Source: an uncultured Lentisphaeria bacterium (GTDB lineage Bacteria > Verrucomicrobiota > Lentisphaeria > Victivallales > UBA1829). From it: a stretch of 64,000 nt of DNA. The translations under genes were made by a program, and so were the position numbers. The notes beneath the pieces are model-generated. The model saw only the letters and a list, made by a program, of their open reading frames with translations, made no database searches and had not been told where the DNA came from. Position 1 is the stretch's first letter; the number at the start of each line of letters is the position of its first letter. This document shows positions 1-8,849 of this stretch, one piece after another. The stretch lies in contig CASEFP010000008.1 of the NCBI GenBank assembly GCA_949287225.1, positions 7,199 to 71,198 of the forward strand. Direction: 5' to 3'.

Positions 1-66
1 TTCCATGATTTGTGTTTGTAGAGATGAACTTTCCGATTTATATTTCCCTGTTACGGAACGCTCACA

Positions 67-104
67 CCGCAAACGGGAAAAGATAGCCCGTTTCCGGATT
101 TTTT
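67..104 (+). terminator. Terminator-like hairpin plus T-run at the window start
   Basis: Arms ccgcaaacggg (67-77) and cccgtttccgg (87-97) pair over 11 bp with 1 mismatch, with a 9-nt loop, followed by aTTTTTT (98-104). The gene it would terminate lies outside the window. Confidence 0.4.
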
Positions 105-163
105 CAATCCGCTGAACGGCGCGGCGCTCCGGAAAAATCAAAATAAAATCACGGAGCGCGAAA

Positions 164-982
164 ATGAACGGGAACGGACCGGTTCTGAATTTACTTTTCA
201 TCGGCGACGTCGTCGGCAAGGGCGGCAGGAACGCGGTCAAAATCCTGGTGCCGGAGCTGAAAAAGCGCTTCAACTGTTCTTTTTCGGTGGTCAACGGGGA
301 GAACAGCGCGAACGGCGCGGGGTTCAGCCTCTCGTGCGTCCGGGACATGGAGGCGGCGGACGTCCTGACCGCCGGCGACCACATCTGGGACCAGAAGAAT
401 TTTGAAACGGAAATCCTTTCCGTCCGGAATCTGGTGCGCCCCGCGAACCTGAGCGCGCTTCAGCCGGGAAAAGGCTGGAACGTCTTCCGCAATCCCGCCG
501 GAGGAGAAGTCGCCGTGATCTCGCTTCTCGGGAAGGTCTTCATGCGTGAAAGCGCCTACTGCCCCTTCGAGACGGCGGAGAAGATTCTCACACAGATCCC
601 TCCGACCGTCAAATGCATCATCGTGGATTTTCATGCCGAGGCGACCAGCGAGAAGGCCGCGATGGCATGGTTCCTCGACGGGAAAGTCACGGCGGTCATC
701 GGCACCCATACGCATGTGCAGACCGCGGACGGGCGCATCCTGCCCGGCGGAACCGCGTTTCTGTCCGACGTCGGCATGACCGGCGGGCACAATTCGATTC
801 TCGGGCGGGACATTCCGGACGTGATCCGCAAGTTCCGCACCGGAATGCCGACACGGCTCAATGTCACCGAACACGACATCCGCCTCGATTACGCGGTTGT
901 CTCCTACGAACTCATGACCGGCCGCGCCGTCGCGCTCAGAACCGGATCAGAATTTTTAACCACGGAGAAAATCAATGGATGA
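164..982 (+). CDS. ymdB: YmdB-family metallophosphoesterase (2',3'-cyclic-nucleotide phosphodiesterase-like)
   Basis: Motifs LLFIGDVVGKGGR, NGENSANGAG, GDHIWD, DFHAEATSEK and GTHTHVQTAD. ATG at 164 follows acggag. Confidence 0.85.
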   Translation: MNGNGPVLNLLFIGDVVGKGGRNAVKILVPELKKRFNCSFSVVNGENSANGAGFSLSCVRDMEAADVLTAGDHIWDQKNFETEILSVRNLVRPANLSALQPGKGWNVFRNPAGGEVAVISLLGKVFMRESAYCPFETAEKILTQIPPTVKCIIVDFHAEATSEKAAMAWFLDGKVTAVIGTHTHVQTADGRILPGGTAFLSDVGMTGGHNSILGRDIPDVIRKFRTGMPTRLNVTEHDIRLDYAVVSYELMTGRAVALRTGSEFLTTEKING

Positions 983-1859
983 AAAAGTGATTCCGCCGAT
1001 CGACTGGAAGCAGGCGGACGCCCTGATCGAACTCGCGCTGCGCGAGGATCTCGACGACACCGGCGATACGACAACCAATTCGGTAATCCCCGAAAATCTT
1101 CAGGCGACAGCCGTTTTCCTTGCGAAGGAGGAGTGCGTCTGCGCAGGACTGCCCGTTGCGGAACGGCTCTTCAAGACGCTTGATCCGAAGCTGGAGTGGA
1201 AAGCGCTCGTCGACGAGGGCGCCCTCTGCCCGAAGGGAACGCGCATGGCGGAAATCCGCGGAAACGCCCGCTCGCTGCTGACCGGCGAACGCACCGCGCT
1301 CAATTTTCTCCAGCGCCTCTGCGGCGTCGCGACCGCTTCCAGGCGCTACCAGTCCGCCGCGGACGCGTCCGGCGGGAACTGCCGGATTCTCGACACACGC
1401 AAGACCACGCCCGGCTGGCGGAATCTGGAGAAATACGCGGTCGCCGTCGGCGGCGCGTTCAACCACCGGATCGGGCTTTACGACCGGATCATGATCAAGG
1501 ACAACCATCGTGAACTGGCGGGACTCGAAGGAGCAGGCGGCATCCGCCGTTCCGTTGAACGGGCGCGCGCCAAATATCCGAATCTTGAGGTTGAAGTCGA
1601 GGTCGATTCCCTCTCCGAACTCGCAGAGGCGATCGAGTCGAAGGCCGAATACATCCTGCTGGACAATATGAGCGACGAAATGATGGCCGAGGCGGTCCGT
1701 ATCGTCGCCGGGCGTGCGAAACTGGAAGCCAGCGGCGGCATCACGCTTGCGCGCATCCCGTCGGCGGCAAAGACCGGCGTCGACTTCATCTCCTCGGGCG
1801 CGCTGACACATTCGGTCAAATCCTGCGACATTTCCATGGATATCGTCCTGAACGGATAA
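975..1859 (+). CDS. nadC: Nicotinate-nucleotide pyrophosphorylase (quinolinate phosphoribosyltransferase)
   Basis: LTGERTALNFLQRLCGVAT, ILDTRKTTPGWRNLEKYAVAVGG and NHRIGLYDRIMIKDNH. Overlaps the ymdB stop by 8 nt. Confidence 0.9.
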   Translation: MDEKVIPPIDWKQADALIELALREDLDDTGDTTTNSVIPENLQATAVFLAKEECVCAGLPVAERLFKTLDPKLEWKALVDEGALCPKGTRMAEIRGNARSLLTGERTALNFLQRLCGVATASRRYQSAADASGGNCRILDTRKTTPGWRNLEKYAVAVGGAFNHRIGLYDRIMIKDNHRELAGLEGAGGIRRSVERARAKYPNLEVEVEVDSLSELAEAIESKAEYILLDNMSDEMMAEAVRIVAGRAKLEASGGITLARIPSAAKTGVDFISSGALTHSVKSCDISMDIVLNG

Positions 1860-1872
1860 CGGAGAAACCATC

Positions 1873-2481
1873 ATGATTGCACAGATTCGCGGAACACTGA
1901 TCTCCTCCACCTTCACCGAGGCGGTCGTGGACGTCGGCGGCGTCGGCTACCGCGCGTTCATCCCGATGAGCACCTACGACACGCTGCCCCAGCCCGGCGG
2001 AGAGGTCACGCTCCTCACCCACATGCACGTCCGCGAGGACGCCATCATTCTCTTCGGCTTCGCAACACGGCAGGAACAGGCGGCTTTTGAACTCCTGATC
2101 ACCGTCAACGGCATCGGCGCGAAAACCGCGCTGAACATCATGAGCTGCATGAACATCACCTCCCTCTGCGCCGCAATTGCCGGAGGCGACATCAAGACGT
2201 TGAAACGCATCAGCGGCGTCGGACCGAAATCCGCCGAACGGATGATCGTCGAACTGCGCGACAAGGTGGATGCCATCGTTCCGGAAGCGCCTTTCCTGAA
2301 CAAGAACGGCGAACCCGCGCGGCTCAAAGAGGCCGAGGATGCCGTGCTTGCGCTCGGACAGCTCGGATTCCAGGGACCAAAGGTGCAGAAGCTCGTCAAC
2401 GAGATCGCCATGTCCCTGCCGGAAGACGAACGCTCCAGCGAGAACATCCTGCGCAAGTCCATTCAGGCGCTGAACAAATAG
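1873..2481 (+). CDS. ruvA: Holliday junction branch migration complex subunit RuvA
   Basis: MIAQIRGTL...VVDVGGVGY...REDAIILFGF, the HhH region LITVNGIGAKTALNIMS and ISGVGPKSAERMIVEL. Confidence 0.9.
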   Translation: MIAQIRGTLISSTFTEAVVDVGGVGYRAFIPMSTYDTLPQPGGEVTLLTHMHVREDAIILFGFATRQEQAAFELLITVNGIGAKTALNIMSCMNITSLCAAIAGGDIKTLKRISGVGPKSAERMIVELRDKVDAIVPEAPFLNKNGEPARLKEAEDAVLALGQLGFQGPKVQKLVNEIAMSLPEDERSSENILRKSIQALNK

Positions 2482-2496
2482 AATCCGGAGAGAACC

Positions 2497-3051
2497 GTGC
2501 TGGAAGGCAACATCGAATATCCCGCCTACATCGTGCTGGACATTCCCGCTCCGATGGAGGAGAAGATTCAGGCGCTCCGGAGTCACTTCGACGCAGGACG
2601 CGCCGATATGCCCGCCGAGGTCACGCTGACCGGCTCCTGCGGCGTGGGGACGATTCTGCCGGGACAGGAGATCGCCTTCGTCGCGCGCGAAATGGACCGC
2701 GTCGCCGCGCGTTTCGCTCCGTTTCAGGCGGAATTTGATCATGTGGAGCGGTTTCAGAACACGGATATCTATTATCTGGCGTTCCGGAATCCCGCGCCGT
2801 TCGCCGCGCTGCACAGGGCGCTCGCGGAGACGGAAATCCGCTTCCATCCCACGGCGTATCCCTTTGTGCCGCACTGCACGCTGAAACTCAGGCAGCACCC
2901 GACCGAACAGGAACTCCTGGAACTCTTCTTTCTCAACGCGCCGAAAGAGCCCTTTCTTCTCGGCGGGATGTCACTCTATTCCCTGCCCGATCCGACGGAA
3001 TGCATTCTCCACCACCGCGTCGCGCTGACCGGATCGCAAGTTCCCGCATAA
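2497..3051 (+). CDS. 2H-phosphoesterase / 2'-5' RNA ligase (LigT)-like protein with a degenerate first motif
   Basis: GTG start. The second HxTx motif is intact (PHCTLKL, His codon 2872-2874). At the expected first motif position the sequence is AEVTLT (Glu codon 2617-2619). The size of about 184 aa is typical of the family. Confidence 0.5.
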   Translation: MLEGNIEYPAYIVLDIPAPMEEKIQALRSHFDAGRADMPAEVTLTGSCGVGTILPGQEIAFVAREMDRVAARFAPFQAEFDHVERFQNTDIYYLAFRNPAPFAALHRALAETEIRFHPTAYPFVPHCTLKLRQHPTEQELLELFFLNAPKEPFLLGGMSLYSLPDPTECILHHRVALTGSQVPA

Positions 3052-3092
3052 AAAACGCCCCTCCCGCGTCGTGTCGCAGGAGAGGCGTTTTT
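3051..3092. terminator. Bidirectional intrinsic terminator between convergent genes
   Basis: aaaaACGCCCCTCC...GGAGAGGCGTtttt gives 9/10 paired positions, flanked by an A-run and a T-run. It lies between the stop at 3051 (+) and the stop at 3112 (-). Confidence 0.65.
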
Positions 3093-3111
3093 CCGGTTCA
3101 GAGGCAGAACG

Positions 3112-4266
3112 TCAGACGGAAGCGCCGACGATCAGATCAAAAATCTGTTTTGCTTCGCCCTCGCCCGGATCCTTCCCCCAGAGTTCAGCCAGTCCGGAAC
3201 GGATGGCTCCGGCGTCCGAACCGAACTCCTTCTTAGCCGCAAGAAGCGCGCCTTTGGCGAAGTTGACCGGCTGGACACCCTGGCTCAGGGCAAGGCGCAT
3301 CGTTCCGACGACGCGGTCATCCCAGGAGAGTTTCCGCCGGATGTCGCGGATCACGCGGTCGATCGAGTCGGAAAGATAGACGTTCTGCATCCGGTCGATC
3401 AGGCCGTTGGCGTAATTCGCCATGCCGGATTCCGTGAACATCTCGTCGACGCCCGCGTATTTCCGGCAGAGCGCGACGCCCGATTCGTTCAGGAACGCGC
3501 TACGCCCGATCTCGACCAGTTCCGGGTGCGCCGAAAGTTCGGACATTTTCTTCAGTCCGATGGAATCGCCCAGAATCCCGAGCAGGAAATGGGTCGCGTT
3601 GTGCCCGTAGAGTTTGGCGAATTCAAACGGGAAGAGATCCTTCTTGACATAGAGGTTTTTCACCGAGCGGGCCTCGATTCCGGGCGCATCGGAGATCAGA
3701 ATCCAGTTGAACTCCTCGACAAGGTGGGCACGGCCGGCGCCGGGGCAGAGTTCGGCCAGATTGCGTTTCGCGCAATCCTCGCCGCGCGCGACATCGCTCA
3801 TTTTCCCGATCACGGTATTGAGGTAGCTGGTTGCGGGAAAGGCTTCGCCGATCTCCTGCTCGAGCTTCTCCGCCGCATGATTGTCGTTTTCCGCCGTATA
3901 GACGAACCGCTTTCCGGAGGGATTGCGCCGGAATCCCTCGCGCAGCCACTGCGCCGTGGGACCGAAGAATTTCACGCTCGGAAGCGCGGTTGCGATCTCC
4001 TGCGCACCGGCGGCGGCGGCGATCAGTTTTTCAAGTCCCTGCGGGTCCGCCGGAGAATAGACTTCGATGTTTCTGCAGACCTCGGTATAGACGCGGTCGC
4101 GCGCCGCGATGTTGATGGTGATCGTTCCGCCGGAAGAGTTGATCGCGTTCCGGATCGTGTCGTCGACTTCCGCGACGACGATCCTGTCGAAAGAACCTTT
4201 TGACGCGCCGGACACAAAGATGCCGGTCTGAATCGGCCCGAGGCCGATGCCCAGAAATGTTTTCAT
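3112..4266 (-). CDS. Mannitol-dehydrogenase-family-like protein (MtlD-like)
   Basis: N-terminal MKTFLGIGLGPIQTGIF is Rossmann-like. Also VEEFNWILIS, KLYGHNATHFLLGILG and RVIRDIRRKLSWDDRVVG, which resembles the RDPxRKLxxxDR signature of mannitol-1-P dehydrogenases. Confidence 0.5.
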   Translation of the reverse strand: MKTFLGIGLGPIQTGIFVSGASKGSFDRIVVAEVDDTIRNAINSSGGTITINIAARDRVYTEVCRNIEVYSPADPQGLEKLIAAAAGAQEIATALPSVKFFGPTAQWLREGFRRNPSGKRFVYTAENDNHAAEKLEQEIGEAFPATSYLNTVIGKMSDVARGEDCAKRNLAELCPGAGRAHLVEEFNWILISDAPGIEARSVKNLYVKKDLFPFEFAKLYGHNATHFLLGILGDSIGLKKMSELSAHPELVEIGRSAFLNESGVALCRKYAGVDEMFTESGMANYANGLIDRMQNVYLSDSIDRVIRDIRRKLSWDDRVVGTMRLALSQGVQPVNFAKGALLAAKKEFGSDAGAIRSGLAELWGKDPGEGEAKQIFDLIVGASV

Positions 4267-4447
4267 GTTCCTTTTCTCCGCAAGTTTTGGATGGTTCGCG
4301 TTTTTCGTATTCTGTTACTATAAGTCGTCGGAAAATGCTTTGCAAACCCGCGGGAAGAGATTTTTCCCGTAAAACACCGTTCCGGATTTGCATATTCCGC
4401 GAAAACGGACTATTTTTCCCGCAAAAAATGAAGGAACGGGAAACGAC

Positions 4448-6427
4448 ATGGCGGACAGGAAACAGATCAAGATCACATTGAAGCCCCCGGGAGGGAAAAT
4501 CAAAATCTCCCTGCCGCCGGACCCCGCTCCTTCCGCGCAATCGGAAGAAACAGCTCCGGAAGCGGATGCGCAGAAAACACCCGAAGTCCCTCCGTCCGCT
4601 CCTTCCCCCGGGACAAAACAGGCGGACGCGGAACAGGCCGCATCCGGCATACCGAAAAGAATTCCCGCTCTCTCCCTCCGGCAGAAACCGGAGAAAGAAA
4701 AAAACGTTTCTCCCGCTCCGGAACAGACAACTCCCGGAACGGAACCGGAGACTGCGCAAACCGTTTCCGAAACGCCGAAGAAAATTCCCGCTTTCTCCCT
4801 CCGGCATGAACCGGAAAAAGAAAAAGCCGCTCCTCCCGCTCCCGCGAATCCCGGAACGGAAAAGAAAACGCCGGAACAGCTCCGCCAGGACGAGGCGGAA
4901 ATCGAGGCGCTGCGGAAAATCCGCGAAATCGAAGCGATGTCGCAGGCGACGGAGCCCTCCCTGCTCGAACGGTATGGATTGAACCGCCGCAGACTCTTTT
5001 TCCTCCTGTTTTTCATCATTGTGTTCATTCTCCTGCTTCTTTACGGCCTGACGATGGAACGGGGCGCAAAGGTCGTTGCCGAAGTCAAGGATCCGAAGGG
5101 GAAATTCGGCAAGCTCCTGCCGCAGAACAATGAACTCTTCAACGAACTGATCAGTGATACGCCGCAGGCAGGGCAGAACAACAACCAGCCTCCGCCCGGA
5201 CAGCAGAACGCGCCTCCGGAGAAGAAAGTTGAACCGGAACCGCCGAAACCGCCCGAACCGCCGCAAAAATCAGCGGAGGAGACCGCGGCGGAAAAGCTGC
5301 GCGATCTGGTGCGGAAAAAGGTGCCGGAAAAGGAAATCGCTTCACAGATCCGGGAGCTGCAGAACGGGTTTCTCCAGAATGAACCGTTCCACCTGCAAAC
5401 GGTCGCCTTTCTGCTGGGGACTCCCTATCACGCCGTCTGCAGGAATGAATATCTGCGCTGGGCAAATGAAAATACCGAATCTTATCTCCCGAACCTGATT
5501 TCCGGCGTTGTTCTCCTGCGGGGAAGAGCTTCGATCCCGTATCTGGAGCGCGCAATCGCCGCAGCGCCGAACCGGAAACAACCCTATGAAAAACTGATCA
5601 CGGAATATTACAATCTCGGGCAGTTTTCCCGCGCTGCGGCGGTCTGTTCGAACGCGCTGCGGATTTTCCCGGACGATCCGGACCTGCGTGTCCGCCGGGC
5701 AGAAATCCGCGTGGACAACAGGGAATCCGCATCGGAAGTGCTCGCAGAGCTGAAGGAGGAGCTTTCGCGCTTCTGTCCGAAGCTGACCGGCTCCGCGCGC
5801 ACAGCAAAACTTCTTGCGTATCTGCTTCATGCCCGGCTTTATCCCGAGGCGCGTGTTCTGCTCGACTCTCTTGCAAAAGATCCCTCATTCCGTTCCGACT
5901 GGGCACGGTATGAGATCATCTACGCGCTTTCCTGCAACCGCGAAGCGCCCGTTCCAGCGCTTGCGTATGAGGACGAAGCAACGGCGCACCTCAAGGTGCT
6001 CTATTATGTCTCGCGCAGGGATTTCGACTCCGCCGTGCATGTCGGAACGGGAAACGCTTCCAAGATCTATCCCGGTTTCTGGGATACGTTCGGCGCGTGG
6101 TACTGTAAAAATGAAGGCTGGAAGGTGAACCTTGTGCGTCTGGAGGAAAAGTTCGGAGCCGATCCGTTCCGGGGGACAATGCTGCGTCTCTGGGCGGGCA
6201 GGATGACGCTTGCCCGGGCGCGGGAAATTTTGAAATATGTCCCGCCCCACGAGAAAGGCGTGATGGCCTTCCTGCTCTCCCTTGCGGCGGAACGGGAGGG
6301 AAACGCCATCGCGAAACGGGTTCTGGAACTGACATGCGGAAAAAGTTTGCAGGTGGGTATTTACTCCACGCTGTTCCGGCGTTATATTAATCAAGAGTCA
6401 AAACAGAAACAGGAGTTGCCGCAATGA
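4448..6427 (+). CDS. Hypothetical membrane-anchored protein with a Pro/Glu/Lys-rich repeat N-terminus and a helical-repeat (TPR-like) C-terminus
   Basis: Start MADRKQIK (ATG 4448; the track ORF begins at 4388). There is one hydrophobic segment, LFFLLFFIIVFILLLLYGL. A low-complexity Pro-rich tract lies on either side. The C-terminal 380 aa looks helical-repeat-like. Confidence 0.65.
   Translation: MADRKQIKITLKPPGGKIKISLPPDPAPSAQSEETAPEADAQKTPEVPPSAPSPGTKQADAEQAASGIPKRIPALSLRQKPEKEKNVSPAPEQTTPGTEPETAQTVSETPKKIPAFSLRHEPEKEKAAPPAPANPGTEKKTPEQLRQDEAEIEALRKIREIEAMSQATEPSLLERYGLNRRRLFFLLFFIIVFILLLLYGLTMERGAKVVAEVKDPKGKFGKLLPQNNELFNELISDTPQAGQNNNQPPPGQQNAPPEKKVEPEPPKPPEPPQKSAEETAAEKLRDLVRKKVPEKEIASQIRELQNGFLQNEPFHLQTVAFLLGTPYHAVCRNEYLRWANENTESYLPNLISGVVLLRGRASIPYLERAIAAAPNRKQPYEKLITEYYNLGQFSRAAAVCSNALRIFPDDPDLRVRRAEIRVDNRESASEVLAELKEELSRFCPKLTGSARTAKLLAYLLHARLYPEARVLLDSLAKDPSFRSDWARYEIIYALSCNREAPVPALAYEDEATAHLKVLYYVSRRDFDSAVHVGTGNASKIYPGFWDTFGAWYCKNEGWKVNLVRLEEKFGADPFRGTMLRLWAGRMTLARAREILKYVPPHEKGVMAFLLSLAAEREGNAIAKRVLELTCGKSLQVGIYSTLFRRYINQESKQKQELPQ
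4652..4828 (+). repeat. In-frame duplicated 54-nt unit with a 123-nt period
   Basis: Unit 1 at 4652-4705 is ccgaaaagaattcccgctctctccctccggcagaaaccggagaaagaaaaaaac. Unit 2 at 4775-4828 is ccgaagaaaattcccgctttctccctccggcatgaaccggaaaaagaaaaagcc. They encode PK(R/K)IPA(L/F)SLR(Q/H)(K/E)PEKEK. Confidence 0.75.
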
Positions 6428-7836
6428 TTATGGAAACACTCAGAAAATACGGACAGGACTTTGTCGCGTCCAAACTCGAATCCCTTTCCGGGGAGGCCCG
6501 TGCCAAACTCGAAAAACAGCTTTCGGAGATTGATTTTGCCGAGCTCTCCGAACTGATCCGCGATTATGTTCTTCAGAAACCCGTGACCGAAATCCCCGCC
6601 GACCTGGCTCCCGCGCCGTTCTTCCCCTTCCCCGCGAAGGATGAAGCGCAGGAGGCGTATTACGAAAAGGCGCGCAAGGAGGGCGAACATCTCCTCGCCG
6701 AAGGAAAGGTGGCCTTCCTCGTCGTCGCGGGCGGGCAGGGAACGCGTCTCGGATTCGACGGACCCAAAGGCACCTATCCGATCACCCCGATCAAGCACAA
6801 AACGCTCTTCCAGTATTTCGCGGAAACCATTTCCCGCGTCTCGAAAAAATACGGCAGGAATCTCCACTGGTTCATCATGACGAGCGAACTCAACGACAAA
6901 AGGACGCGCGAATTTTTCTGCGAAAACGCTTATTTCGGACTCGGAGAGGAGAATGTCACATTCTTCACGCAGGGCACGATGCCGGCGATTTCGTATGAGG
7001 GCAAGCTCCTGATGAACGCGCCGGACTCCCTCGCGCTCTCCCCGAACGGCCACGGCGGCACGCTCCTTGCGCTCAAGAAATCCGGCGCCCTTGACGAAAT
7101 GAAGCGCCGCGGCGTCGACTACATCTCCTACTTCCAGGTGGACAATCCGCTCGCGCCGATGGCAGACCCGCTGTTCCTCGGACTGCACAGCCTGGAAAAA
7201 TCCGAGATCAGCAGCCGAATGCTCCCGAAGACGAATCCCTACGAAAAACTCGGCAATTTCTGCGTCTCCGGCGGGCGTCTCCAGATCATCGAATACAGCG
7301 ACATGCCCGCGGAACTCGCCGAGCGCCGGAATCCGGACGGCACGCTCGCCTTCCTCTCCGGCAGCCCCGCGATCCATGTGATCAGCCGCACGTTCGTCGA
7401 GGAGCTCACGAAGGACGGCCGTCTCAACATGCCGTGGCACCGCGCGGACAAGAAAGTGCCTTACATCAATGAGAACAACGAGCTGGTCAAACCGGAGCAG
7501 CCGAACGCCGTCAAGCTCGAATCGTTCATCTTCGACGCGCTTCCGCTTGCAAAGCACACGCTGGTGCTCGAAGGCTCCCGGAAAGATCACTTCGCCCCGA
7601 CGAAAAACGCCACAGGCGTCGATTCCGCCGAATCCTGCCGCCGGATGCTCTGCGAGCGTGACGCGGAACGGCTGGATCTCGCCGGAAAGAAGGTGCCGCG
7701 CAAGGCGGACGGGACACCGGACTGTCTCGTGGAAATCTCGCCGACAGCCGTCTGCGACAACGACGACGCCGTGAAGATTCTCTCCGACGCGAAATACAAA
7801 GCCCCGGAACCGGGAAGCGAGGTCTATTATGAATAA
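6424..7836 (+). CDS. UDPGP-family (eukaryote-type) UDP-sugar / UDP-N-acetylhexosamine pyrophosphorylase
   Basis: AFLVVAGGQGTRLGFDGPKGTYPI, LSPNGHGG and YFQVDNPL. The ATG overlaps the upstream stop. Confidence 0.8.
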   Translation: MIMETLRKYGQDFVASKLESLSGEARAKLEKQLSEIDFAELSELIRDYVLQKPVTEIPADLAPAPFFPFPAKDEAQEAYYEKARKEGEHLLAEGKVAFLVVAGGQGTRLGFDGPKGTYPITPIKHKTLFQYFAETISRVSKKYGRNLHWFIMTSELNDKRTREFFCENAYFGLGEENVTFFTQGTMPAISYEGKLLMNAPDSLALSPNGHGGTLLALKKSGALDEMKRRGVDYISYFQVDNPLAPMADPLFLGLHSLEKSEISSRMLPKTNPYEKLGNFCVSGGRLQIIEYSDMPAELAERRNPDGTLAFLSGSPAIHVISRTFVEELTKDGRLNMPWHRADKKVPYINENNELVKPEQPNAVKLESFIFDALPLAKHTLVLEGSRKDHFAPTKNATGVDSAESCRRMLCERDAERLDLAGKKVPRKADGTPDCLVEISPTAVCDNDDAVKILSDAKYKAPEPGSEVYYE

Positions 7837-8149
7837 AATCGTTCAGATCAACATCGACGACATCGTCCTCGATCCGGAGGCGATGGGAGAAATGCTCACA
7901 GACTGCCTGAAACGCCGCCGCATGGTCCGCCTTGCCGGGGCATGCGACATCGGCGGAATGCTGATCGTCTCGTTTGAAGACTCCCCGGTCCGGGTGAAAT
8001 CCGAACTGGTTTTCGCACCGTTTGCCGACACAAGCTGCGACGGGGTCTCCTCGGAAATTTCGACGCGCTACGCTTCCGGGTTCAGTCTCCGCTCCTCCTT
8101 CCGCCACGGGGACGCGGTCTGGGGGTTGTTCGAGCAGACGGAAAACTGA
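7829..8149 (+). CDS. Hypothetical protein (106 aa)
   Basis: ATG overlaps the upstream stop (ATGAATAA), which suggests translational coupling. GC3-rich frame. No recognisable motif. Confidence 0.5.
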   Translation: MNKIVQINIDDIVLDPEAMGEMLTDCLKRRRMVRLAGACDIGGMLIVSFEDSPVRVKSELVFAPFADTSCDGVSSEISTRYASGFSLRSSFRHGDAVWGLFEQTEN

Positions 8150-8179
8150 GCGGGACACGGGGAATTTTCTGTGGAAAAC

Positions 8180-8395
8180 ATGTCCGGCGAACTGTCACGC
8201 ATCGAGGAATCCGTTTCCGAAGACACAAGGCGCGGATGCGTCGGAACACTTATGGAAGGCTGTGTCAACGGCTGCGTTTCCTGCTGTTTCTTCTATGTGC
8301 TTCTGATGCTCGCCTTTGTGGTGGGAGTGATCGGCCTTCTGGTGCTCCTCGGATGGTTCTTCTCCGGTCTCTTTTCCGTGCCAGGAGGAGCATGA
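8180..8395 (+). CDS. Hypothetical small Cys-rich membrane protein (about 71 aa)
   Basis: GCVGTLMEGCVNGCVSCCFFYVLLMLAFVVGVIGLLVLLGWFF contains one long hydrophobic stretch. Its stop overlaps the yraN ATG (ATGA at 8392-8395). An alternative GTG start lies at 8171. Confidence 0.4.
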   Translation: MSGELSRIEESVSEDTRRGCVGTLMEGCVNGCVSCCFFYVLLMLAFVVGVIGLLVLLGWFFSGLFSVPGGA

Positions 8396-8835
8396 AACGC
8401 TTTGCTCATGCGAAAGCGGCGCACCTCCGGCTCGGCGCGGCGGGGGAACGCGCCGCCGTGCGCATGCTGGAAAATGCAGGTTGCGAGATTCTCGCACGCG
8501 ACTGCCGGATGCGTTCCGGAGAGATTGACATCGTCGCGCGCGATGGTCTGCGCCTTGTTTTCGTCGAGGTCAAGACCCGCCGTCTGCGTCCCGGCGTGGA
8601 GATGGCGCCGGGAACAAATCTGCGCGCCGCGCAGAAGCGCAGAATCTACCGCGCCGCGGCCGGATACCGGAAAAAGATCGGCAATCCGTCTGTGCCCTAC
8701 CGGTTCGATCTGGTCGAGGTGATCTTCTCGCGTTTCGGGCTGTATGCGATGTTTCACAGAAAAGGGCATTTCGGCGCACGCGATGCGAAACGCGGTTCGT
8801 CCGGGAATGCTGTGCCCGTCAACTATTTCGACTGA
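8392..8835 (+). CDS. yraN: YraN-family (UPF0102) endonuclease-like protein
   Basis: GERAAVRMLENAGCEILARDCRMRSGEIDIVARDGLRLVFVEVKTR...RFDLVEV. aggagg lies immediately upstream of ATG 8392. The track ORF from 8236 is an upstream extension. Confidence 0.8.
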   Translation: MKRFAHAKAAHLRLGAAGERAAVRMLENAGCEILARDCRMRSGEIDIVARDGLRLVFVEVKTRRLRPGVEMAPGTNLRAAQKRRIYRAAAGYRKKIGNPSVPYRFDLVEVIFSRFGLYAMFHRKGHFGARDAKRGSSGNAVPVNYFD

Positions 8836-8849
8836 ACGGAGAATGAATC

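Noticed and set aside
8236-8391. N-terminal 52-codon extension of the YraN ORF in the track
   Set aside because: The extension overlaps the small membrane ORF in another frame and lacks a Shine-Dalgarno sequence. ATG 8392 has aggagg directly upstream and matches the usual YraN N-terminus.
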